The position numbers and the translations under genes are program-made. The notes under the pieces are model-generated. The model saw only the letters and a program-made list of their open reading frames with translations, had not been told where the DNA came from and did not search any database. A stretch of DNA of 35,919 nucleotides, taken from NCBI GenBank assembly GCA_030770535.1, contig JASVEC010000001.1, forward strand, positions 2,480,001 to 2,515,919, written 5' to 3'. This DNA is from Batkoa obscura (Eukaryota). Of this stretch, positions 12,820 through 22,609 are shown piece after piece (positions within the stretch are counted from its first letter, which is position 1; each line of letters begins with the position of its first letter).

Positions 12820-14617
12820 ATGGATGATACTAAAGAAGAAATTAAAACACACAAGTTGATAAGAACTACATTTTCCAAATTTACACGTTGTGATCATTGT
12901 GATAAATTTTTATGGGGTTTAGTGAAACAAGGTTTAACGTGCCAAAAATGCGGCTTTGTATGTCATCCAACCTGTCTTAAAGATGTAGAAAAGCTTCCGT
13001 GTAAAGAAGTAGAAATAGACTCAAATAAAATAGAAGAAATATTAACTCCTGTTTCTTCTCCAAGGTTAAATAAAGAAGAGAATATAACAAAAGAGAATTT
13101 GATCCATCAGTTTGTTAATGGAAACCCTAAAGGAGGGGTTGCTCCAGCCTTGCCAGATAAAGTTATAGTTACCGCTGAGATTAATGACAGTATGGAGTCT
13201 GAGATTTCTAAGGATGACTCTTTAAACGGAACTATAGATAACGATGATATTTCTTTGGATAACAATTTAGGAACAAGTGATACAAAATCTCATTCTAGTA
13301 TAGGATACAATAAAAACATATCACAAAGCCTAAGGCGCTATGCTAGTAGTGATTTCACTAACTCTTCTTTAACGAAAGATAATGACGTTAAACCAACTCT
13401 GGATACTATTTTCAAAGATGTTATTCAACAGGCAGCTAATCATAAAAAACAGCTTCGAAATGTCAGAGAGCAGCCAAAATTGGGATTATTAACCACAACT
13501 CCTCAGAATTTTACTAAATTTATAACGCGTATAACTCCAATGCGTCTAGGCTATGAACAATTATTATCTTTAATCACTTGGGAATATCCTTATAAAACTT
13601 GGATTTTTTTATCAGCTTATTGCCTATTCTGTTATAGACCTTTATGGATTTTATTATTACCACATTTGGGGTTTTGGTATTATTTGGGTAATAGTTATAT
13701 AAAAGCTTACAGAAAAGAAGAAAATAAAATATTGTTGGAGGAAGTAAATCAAGAAGACAAAGATAAAGCATCTCCTACCATGATTTATGCACAAAACATG
13801 CAGTTCGTACAGAATTTAATGGGCACATATACAGAGGTCTATTCTTATTTTACCGACAATTGGGAAGTAATTGAACAAAAGTTGAATAGTCCAAATGCTG
13901 TTTTATTTACTGGAATAGGACTGCCATTATCTTTTTTAATTGTTTACCTTATACCTTTAAATTATATTTTTATGATGGGTGGGTGTGTTGTATTACTATC
14001 CAATAACCCGTTGATGCTGGCAATATTTGTTACATTATCACCATTATTGGTAGATGAACTTTCAACTCATTTAGGTAGGGCATCAAAAGTATTTTCAGCC
14101 TCTGGTCTAGGATCTCCGGATATCAAAACAGGAATAAGACCAAGAATAAAAGAAGTATTCGAAAATCAAAGGTAATTTTTAATACGTTTATTATTACATG
14201 TGAATATAGTTTGGTATTAATTTCTATTAATTTAGATGGTGGGCTATTTTAGGATGGAAAGAGCAATTACTTGCGACAGAGCGTCCCTTATGGAGTAATT
14301 TTAAAGGAGATGAAGAGTATTCGGCAATTTATAATCAAAGTGCTGACCAAGATTTCCAATGGGCTACTGAAGGTTGGCAAATAGATACTACGTGGTGTAA
14401 ACCAATACAACCTGATAAAGATGGATGGGTATATTATAATAATTTATGGGAAGGGCCAAGTAACTCCCCTCGAATTGATTCTTTTACACGAAGAAGATTA
14501 TGGTGCAGAAAAATGATGCCTTTAACTAAAGAAAAAGTTCCAACCCCTGCAGAAATTGCATCAACCATTCCAGCCAAAAAGAAAACTTTCAGAAGGCTCT
14601 CAAATCTACTCCATTAG
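12820..14617 (+). CDS. C1 (DAG/phorbol-ester-type zinc finger) + Pex23/Pex30-family membrane protein with DysF domain (2 exons: 12820-14171, 14236-14617)
   Basis: N-terminal HKLIRTTFSKFTRCDHCDKFLWGLVKQGLTCQKCGFVCHPTC...C is a canonical C1 domain. The middle has LITWEYPYKTW plus hydrophobic hairpins. A 64-nt intron joins FENQR-WWAILGW...LLATERPLWSN...W..EGWQID...DKDGWVY...W...FTRRRLWCR (DysF). Confidence 0.87.
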
Positions 14618-14848
14618 TTATAGTGCTATACATGTTAGATTTGATTTTTACTATTTATTTCAATCAAATTGAATTTTATTAAACGTATACTACCAATTTT
14701 ATTTTTTTATTTTTTTATAATTTTAATCATTATCGTTTACATGAAATTGACAGTTAATAAAAATACTTTATATATACTTTTTTTTATTAAAAATGCTTGA
14801 GTATATTAAAACTATAGATGTTTTAATGTTTTTTTTGTGGTTACATTT

Positions 14849-17667
14849 TTATTGCTCATTTTTGAAACCCATGATTGAAGCTTCTTTTTTCATTTCCCTT
14901 ACAATATTTCTAGTCAATTTACTTTCATACTTGAATCCATCTACATTTTGTCTAAGCGATGGATCCTATTTAACAATAATTAATCAATACTCTATTCTAT
15001 ATAAATAATTAAAACCTACAATTCCTTCAAAAATCTTAGACATCATTTCATTTGAAGCAGAAGCAAGTTCTGATAGATCCTTTGTTGCTTCAATTGCTCT
15101 ATGGTTAATAATGTCTACCATGGAATATAGTTTTTCTCTTTCTAAATCTTTAATGACGGCTGCACTTGTCAAAGTGGAACTTTCGGACTTTTTGTAACTA
15201 TCTCTAAGGGCATACGCATTTTGGAATGAACGCTCGCCTTCAAGTAGGATAGTTTCTATCTCCTTTTGTTCCTTTTCCATATAGTCTAAATAATTAATAA
15301 TAGTGTTCTGACTATTTTCTAACTGCTCAAGTGTTTTATAAATTCTGTTTATCTAAATAAAATAGTTTGTATTTTAGGCAATATATTTAAATAATATAAT
15401 TACCTTTCCACCATCAAGTTTAACTTTATTATCAATTTCAAATAACTCTGCGCTTTTTGTATTATAATGAGATTGAAGCTGTTGTAATCTTTTTAGTTGT
15501 TCAGCCATAAATTCTCCAACAGTTTGATTTGGATTCAAATCATACTCTTTAACTACATGTTCATTTTTTTTATCATTTGAAGCATTAGCTTGTATACTAA
15601 AACAAACAAATAAATAATCGAATATTATACTAATTTTAAAGCGTTACTTTGTTGAAGATCCAAGTGCATTGACTGTCGAGCTACTTACAGGTACTCCTGA
15701 AGTAGAAGCGGGTTCACTTACTTTTTCTCCAAGTACATTTGTAGTACTGTTTGAACTATTAGTTGCTTACTTTATAATAAATATTAATAATACCTTATCG
15801 TGGGTTGAGTTGATATAGGTGCTTGAGCCGAAAATTGATTTTCAGAGGCGGATGACCTAGTTATTATATTCGTTAAGATATTCAAGTTAATTGATATGAT
15901 TACCTTTTTTCTCCGAATAAATTACTCGTTGGTGCTTGAGTCGTCACTGATCCAGCCGAAGTGCTTAAAGCTTATTAGATTAAGTAATAATATCATAGTT
16001 GAATTTACCTAGCATTGAGTGATGAAGTTGGCGCTTGAGTAGAAGGTGCAGCAGCTTGGCTTCCAAATATATTATTTGTGGTTTTTGGTTGACTATTTGT
16101 CTGGGAGCCAAACAAATTCGATGTTTGTTTATCTGTAGCGGTTGTATTATTTGTAGCTTGATTTCCTGATAAAGCTGTTGAGGCTGTGGTTGAAGGAAAT
16201 TGAAAACTCGAAGTTTTATTATCTGCTGCATTTGTAGAATTGATCTGGCTCCCTTGTGCGCTCGTTGTGGGCATGGGTTGACTGTTGGCTTTACTTTGTG
16301 AAGGGCTGTTTTGGGCTCCAAATAAATTTAGAGAGGGAGCAGTAGTGGTTACTGATTGGCCTCCAAATAAATTAGAAGAAGGAGCAGTGCTAGTAGCTGG
16401 CTGCTTTTCGAACAAACTAGAAGAAGGAGCAGTACTAGTAGTTGATTGGCCTCCAAATAAATTAGAAGAAGGAGCAGTACTAGTAGTTGATTGGCCTCCA
16501 AATAAATTAGAAGAAGGAGCAGTACTAGTAGTTGATTGGCCTCCAAATAAATTAGAAGAAGGAGCAGTACTAGTAGTTGATTGGCCTCCAAATAAATTAG
16601 AAGAAGGAGCAGTACTAGTAGTTGATTGGCCTCCAAATAAATTGGAAGAAGGAGCAGCGCTAGCAGCTGGCTGCTTTGCGAACAAATTAGAAGAAGAAGC
16701 GCTACCAGTTGCTTGATTACTAAATAAATTCGCTGAAGGAGTAGTAGTAGTTGAGCGATTTTCGGTTACATTTAATGTGTTACTAGGTTGTTTTTCTGTT
16801 TCATTTGATTCTGATTTATTTTGAGTATTGAATAAACCTGTATTAGAAGCACTATTGTTTCCAAAAGGAAATGAATTAATAGAGTTACTTTGATTACCTA
16901 AGAGTCCAGGTGAGCTGGTTGAAGAGGTATTTTGTGTTCCAAACATGCTTTTTACATTTGAATTGTTTGTAGCTTGATTTTCAAGTACATTCTTTGCAAA
17001 CATATTACTTGGTGGTTTAGAAAATGAATTTGATCCAGAACCTTTAGAGCCCCATTGGTCACCGAATGAGACTTCCTTGGAAGGAGTAGATGGCTCTTGC
17101 TTGGATGATAAACCTGATGTAGTTATAGCAGATTGAGCACTAAAAGTTAGATTAGGCTTTGACTGGTTACTGAAGATATTTGTTGTAGAAGTATTTGCAT
17201 TAGATGGAGAACCAAACAAGCTATTTTTTGATATATCATTACTTTTACTTGCATTCGATTGGTCTCCAGATGCGCTTAAGAAACTACTTTTTTCACCAAA
17301 TGGACTTTTTGCTGACATGGACCCAAAGCTAAATTGGGTATTTTTTGAAGCTTCATTTGTAGAATTGGATGTATGTTTTTCAGACAAATTTGATGATGAA
17401 GGGTTAAGTGACTGAAAAGCAAAAGTATTAGTTGTAGATTTACTTCCAAACATAGGTGTAGTAGATTGAGCTTGGGTATCTGAAGGCTTAGTTAAGTTTG
17501 TTAGATTAGTGTTAAATCCAAATAATGATTTGTTCTCTACTCTAGAAGTGGGCTGATTTTCAGAATCTTTTTTAGCATCTGATTTTAAGTCAAAGGGATT
17601 ACTAAAAAATGTTAATAAGTTCATAATTAAAATATAAAGCTCATTACTTATTAGATTGACCAGTCAT
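14849..17667 (-). CDS. NSP1: FG nucleoporin Nsp1/Nup62 (8 exons: 17667-17648, 17601-16009, 15963-15904, 15856-15794, 15755-15648, 15596-15404, 15352-15020, 14965-14849)
   Basis: Long FG/LFG-repeat N-terminus. Hand splicing gives a coiled-coil C-terminus (QTVGEFMAEQLKRLQ...ELFEIDNKVKLDGGKINRIYKTLEQLENSQ...LDYMEKEQKEIE...EREKLYSMVD...DLSELAS...DP) that parallels Nsp1_C. Some internal splice sites are less certain. Confidence 0.8.
16306..16700 (-). repeat. Coding tandem repeat, 45-bp unit (APSSNLFGGQSTTST) in Nsp1
   Basis: GTTGATTGGCCTCCAAATAAATTAGAAGAAGGAGCAGTACTAGTA recurs with 45-bp period (16441, 16486, 16531, 16576, 16621), with diverged flanking units. Confidence 0.95.
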
Positions 17668-17903
17668 GTTTTCGCACTTAATAAAATTAACTATATTTGA
17701 TTGTACTTTATAAAGTTTAGATGTCTATAAATTATTTTTTTAATAGTCAAATTTGAATCCACTTTAATATTATCAAAGATAAAAATGTGTAATAATTTCA
17801 CAAAATATCAATTCAGTAAAATAAGTGCAAAAAACCAGTATAATAACGCAGTAGAATACTGCAAAATTATTTCCATTAAATTAAAAATAAGAATAGTAGT
17901 ATA

Positions 17904-17993
17904 TTGGATATTTTTTTCATCACTTTTTCCATTTTTTAGCGCCATTGAGAAGAAAAATTGTTAGTGAAATTCTTAAATAAAAAATATATCACC
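17904..17993 (+). mobile_element. MITE copy 5 (degenerate left end)
   Basis: TTTCATCACTTTTTCCATTTTTTAGCGCCATT...AAATTGTTAGTGAAATTCTTAAATAAAAAATATATCACC; TSD not clearly resolved. Confidence 0.72.
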
Positions 17994-18336
17994 ATTTCTA
18001 GTGTTTAGAAGGTTTAAAATAACCAAAAACGTGTCTTTTTTAGATATTGTATCTAAAAGATATATGTTATATTTAAAACGAAGATTAAATTTTAACCTAC
18101 TGCTGTAAATATGCTATTATATATATATTACATCTTATTCTTAACAACAAGCTTGCTTAAATCTTAACTTAGTTTCATGTTCTACCATTTCTTATATTAA
18201 ATTTTGTCATTTCCAATAAATTAAAGTGAGCTTTTTGCTAATTGGTTTATGCGATTCAGTTATACTTAAGTCAATACATTATAAATTAAATAAAGGAGAG
18301 GAGTTAACACTTTTTTAATTATTGAAAAACTTTAAA

Positions 18337-19166
18337 ATGGATTTATTAAAAAGTGCTTTTGGGTTGAAGAGAACTAAAACAACATCAAGTAGAATGTCTC
18401 TGGTAGAAGAAAGTAAAGTGGGATATAACCGCGAAACTATAATGGCTAATTCTCAGCCAGATTTGCGCTATCTGATAAATAAATCAAATTTTGATCCAAG
18501 TATAATATTTCCGCAAGCAACAATCGATAAATTACCTACTCCGGATGAATGTGTCCATAAAGCACTATTACTCCATGAAGAGGGCAAACTTGAGGAAGCA
18601 ACGGAATTATTAAAGATAGCTGCTTCACAAAACCATCCTCTCGGCCTATTTTTATTAGGTATATCACTTAGACATGGTTGGGTAATTATTTTTTTGTACA
18701 TATATCAATTGGAAATACTTTAAGTTATATATACTTCAAAACAAATTTAATAATTTATTATTTCATATAGGGATGTGAAGTCGATACTTTATTAGCATTT
18801 CAATGTTTACAACATTCTGCTGAATCCGCAATAATTGATTTAAATACAATAAAAAATTCAGATTGTTCAGTTGCAAAGCATGAATTAACTATAGCTATAC
18901 ATGAACTAGGTATATGTTTTAGCCACGGTTGGGGAGTATCTAGGAATAAAGAGACTGCTGCTTATTATTTTGAAATAGCTGCCAAGTTAGGGGATCCAGA
19001 TTCGCAAAACGAATTAGGGCACTGTTATTTAAATGGTATTGGAGTAAAAAAGGATAAAAACAAAGCAGCATATTATTTTAGATTGGCACATGATCAAGGG
19101 GTTGGTTTGGTTGGAAATTCGTGGATATTTAAAGATAAATATAATGATACTAATATTAATAATTAA
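18337..19166 (+). CDS. SEL1-repeat protein, Dsf2/Nif1-like (2 exons: 18337-18681, 18771-19166)
   Basis: 89-nt intron 18682-18770. Product has HEEGKLEEAT...LLGISLRHGWGC, ELTIAIHELGICFSHGWGV, AAKLGDPDSQNELGHCYLNGIGVKKDK.KAA.YFRLA and a terminal VGNSWIFKDKY typical of this fungal family. Confidence 0.85.
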
Positions 19167-19266
19167 TCTATTTTTACACATCAAATTTAATAATGTAAAG
19201 GAAGTACTTATGTCAAACAAAGGAAGAGAAAAATGTAGAAGAAAAGGAGAGAAAGTGATTATTTTT

Positions 19267-19883
19267 TTATTTTTTATTATTTTCTAATAAAGGCTCACTA
19301 TAAGTTTCATATGCTATTAGTTTATAAGCTATTCCATCTATTTCATAGGTATATGTCTTTTTTAAAAACCCTTCACTTTTATAAAGAAAAAAACCCTTCT
19401 GTTTTATTTCGATTCCTCCTTCATTGATTCGAATACCTGAGTTATGATCCTTTTTTAGTCTCTTAAAATCATCTTCGTCATCTGGGTGAAGTATTGAATT
19501 GTTTATGCCATAACGGGGGTATCTACGTAGCAGTTCATAATAAAGTAAAAAAGGGGCAACTACTTTTGAAGGTGTCCAGCACTTGCCATCTGTCCATCTT
19601 ATTATACCATCCTTACTTTTAATATGAACAAAAACATGTCCAGGTTCAATGTTTTGCTTTTGACTTTCTGTTAAACGGTCTCTTATAATTTTTAGTTGAC
19701 CATGATGGCATTTCTCTAAAAAAATAAATAAAAGTAATAAAAATCATTATGAAGCCCTACCTATAATTTCTTTGGCGTCATTTTCATCTTTTATAATACC
19801 TATTTTTTATTAATTTTGATTAAAGTAACTTAAATTGTTTTACCATAGTATGTATAAGAACAGTTGCTATAGCTCTGATACAT
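19267..19883 (-). CDS. Gti1/Pac2 (WOPR) family transcription factor, 175 aa (3 exons: 19883-19844, 19799-19761, 19715-19267); absent from the ORF track
   Basis: Two introns (44 and 45 nt) give TYYGIIKDENDAKEIIEKCHHGQL...RLTESQKQNIEPGHVFV...GIIRWTDGKCWTPSKV...FLLYYEL (WOPRa) and YKSEGFLKKTYTYEIDGIAYKLIAY (WOPRb). Confidence 0.9.
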
Positions 19884-20283
19884 TTTAAAAAATTAAACTC
19901 AAAATAAAACTAATATTGTATTTATAGTATGTAGAAGCAATATATGATTACTATATAAATTAATATTAAAACCAATACTAATACTAATTTTTTGATAGAT
20001 TAATGATAGAAAATTTAATACAATAAAATTAAAATGATTGCAACTATAATATATATATATTTCACCTTTATTAGCAATAAATCTGGAGCTTAATTAATAT
20101 ATTTCAATTAAATATTTGTTATTTTTAATAACTATTATTGATATTTTAATTTAAAGTTTATTCATTAAAGTTTATTGAATTTTAATTTTATTGAAATAAT
20201 TAGATGATTCAATCACTATCTATTTTATAAAATAATGTTTTTAATTTTCAATTAGTTAATACACTATAAAAATTGTAGTATAT

Positions 20284-20382
20284 GTGGATGATTTTTCTGG
20301 TTTCATTACTTTTTCCATCTTTTAAGCACTACTTAAGCGGAAAAATTATTAGTAGGATTTTCAAACACAAAAATACATTCCC
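20284..20382 (+). mobile_element. MITE copy 6
   Basis: GTGGATGATTTTT...AAAAATACATTCCC with ATAT TSD; family core present. Confidence 0.82.
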
Positions 20383-20584
20383 ATATCCTCTACCTTAAAT
20401 ATAGGAGCTTTTTATAAGCAACCTTTGTGCTTTAGTTAAAGAAATAAATTATTGGTTGCAATGGCATTTATTCTTATGGCAAGAGGCAAAAATTACTGAA
20501 GTAAAAAAAATTCAATATTGTAATCAGTCCCTTCGCCATCAATTCTTATCGAAAAACTGATTATTCATGAAAAATCATATATAT

Positions 20585-20675
20585 GGGGATGTACTTTTTT
20601 GTCCAAGAATTTTATTAACATTATTCTACTTAAATAACGCTTGAAAAATAAAAAGTGAAATAAAAAACAATCCCT
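20585..20675 (-). mobile_element. MITE copy 7
   Basis: GGGGATGTACTTTTTT...AAAAAACAATCCCT with ATAT TSD; diverged reverse-complement core. Confidence 0.78.
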
Positions 20676-20953
20676 ATATACTTATAAAACTGTCATAAAT
20701 TCTACAAGTACACAATAGTAAATTGCTTATCCTGATAAATAATATTCTATTAAAGACAGTGAAACATCTTTATGTTTTAAAACCATAATTACATTAAATG
20801 TCTATTTTATTATCTAAATACTTGTATCTTAAAATAGTTGGAGAACATTTAATTTAATGCTTATCTGGCGGACGAATTTAGGTAATAAATATTCTACCGC
20901 TACTGATTTAAAGGGCAATAAATTAAATTAAGTTGAGGACAGTTTTAAGATAT

Positions 20954-21052
20954 GGGAGTGTCTTTTTTAACTTCATTATTTTTTCCATTTTTTAAGCGCT
21001 ATTTAAGCGGAAAATTTGTTAGCAAAATTCTTAAACACAAATACATCCCCCC
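20954..21052 (+). mobile_element. MITE copy 8
   Basis: GGGAGTGTCTTTTTT...ATACATCCCCCC with ATAT TSD; core nearly identical to copies 1 and 3. Confidence 0.88.
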
Positions 21053-21199
21053 ATATATATATTAAAATGTTAACTAAACAAGTATATTTGATATCATAAT
21101 ATTGTATAAAGAGATTTTGAAATATCAAACGAAAAAAGATATGTATAAATATAAAATTTAATTAAATTAATGAACAAACGCTAATTGCTACACAGTATA

Positions 21200-21997
21200 T
21201 TACGATTGAGCAAATAAACTTAATGCTAATGCAATAAAGTATGGAGCACTGCTCTTACTTAAAGCTAAAGCGGAAGAGGAACTTGTTCTCTTTTGTGTGG
21301 AGCTTGACTCTGTTTCATATTCTGAAGTTGTAGTTTCACTGGTTGAAGTTTCGCTAGCTGAGGTTTCATTAGTTGAAGTTTTACTAGCTTTTGTTGAACT
21401 TTCTACTTTGGTTGAGTTCTCACTTGAGCTAATTACTTCATAAGTGCTACTAGATGGTTCCTGAGAAACAGTTGGAGATGTCTTAGGTGGCTCTTGAGAA
21501 GCAATTGAAGATGTCTTAGGTGGCTCTTGAGAAGCAATTGAAGATGTCTTAGGTGGCTCTTGAGAAGCAATTGAAGATGTCTTAGGTGGCTCTTGAGAAG
21601 CAATTGAAGATGTCTTAGGTGGCTCTTGAGAAGCAATTGAAGATGTCTTAGGTGGCTCTTGAGAAGCAATTGAAGATGTCTTAGGTGGCTCTTGAGAAGC
21701 AATTGAAGATGTCTTAGGTGGCTCTTGAGAAGCAATTGAAGATGTCTTAGGTGGCTCTTGAGAAGCAATTGAAGATGTCTTAGGTGGCTCTTGTGAAACA
21801 GTTGAAGAGTTATAGGTTTGGGTATTAGGTGGAATAGTAGTGTAAACTGGTGACATAGTTGTGTGCACTATTTCTCTTGTAGTTGATTTCTTTTTGCAGC
21901 GTGCTTTAGATGATGAGCTAATTGCATATTCTGAATAAGCTGAACCTGCTAAAGCGCAAAGTACCAAAACTTTGAGTGAGAAGTCTCTAATATACAT
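21200..21997 (-). CDS. Secreted, probably GPI-anchored Ser/Thr-rich cell-surface protein with tandem repeats (265 aa)
   Basis: N-terminal signal peptide (KVLVLCALAGSAYS), 10 SQEPPKTS(SIA) repeats, S/T/E-rich stalk, and small residues followed by a hydrophobic C-tail (SSSSALALSKSSAPYFIALALSLFAQS). Confidence 0.82.
   Translation of the reverse strand: MYIRDFSLKVLVLCALAGSAYSEYAISSSSKARCKKKSTTREIVHTTMSPVYTTIPPNTQTYNSSTVSQEPPKTSSIASQEPPKTSSIASQEPPKTSSIASQEPPKTSSIASQEPPKTSSIASQEPPKTSSIASQEPPKTSSIASQEPPKTSSIASQEPPKTSSIASQEPPKTSPTVSQEPSSSTYEVISSSENSTKVESSTKASKTSTNETSASETSTSETTTSEYETESSSTQKRTSSSSALALSKSSAPYFIALALSLFAQS
21456..21806 (-). repeat. Coding minisatellite, 33-bp unit x ~10
   Basis: TGAGAAGCAATTGAAGATGTCTTAGGTGGCTCT repeated perfectly; TCTTAGGTGGCTCT occurs every 33 bp from 21481 to 21778. 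Confidence 0.96.
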
Positions 21998-22609
21998 ATT
22001 ACTTAGATAAAAGAAAAAGAAAACAAACTATATTTTATTTATCACTACTAGTTTAAAGAACATTTATTTAATGATATCTATTAATAGAAAATTTATGTAT
22101 ATTACTTCAATTATTGCTAATTATTTTTAGATGCGTCTTAAACCACCAAATTAAATCAATTGGTGAGTTTTGTAATTAATTATTCATTTTAAAGGATACT
22201 GGTAAATATATTCGTAGTAGTATGGCCATACTCCATCCAATTGGATCATGGGACTACATTATTATAATAGTTAAAACTAAAATAATAAATTTGACAAAAA
22301 TAATATAAATAGGTGTATTAAAAGCATTAATTCTATTTTACAATGTTATTTTGCAAAAAATAGCTAAAAAGAAATGTAACTACATAAACAGGTATTAAAT
22401 AATATAATAAGGCATACCTTTCATCAACAAATGTAATTGATCAACTTTGATTTTTTCTACATTATCGTTCATCAAATAATTAACATAAATCTGTAACTTA
22501 AGGATTCTAATTATATGTACTAAATTTCTTGAACAGATAAGTTAATTCTTCAAAACTATGAAAGGTAATGGATATTAAGCTACCATATATAATAAAGTTT
22601 TAAATATAC

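Noticed and set aside
16306..21806. 45-bp and 33-bp tandem arrays as CRISPR arrays
   Set aside because: Head-to-tail units without unique spacers, lengths divisible by 3, inside eukaryotic coding exons.
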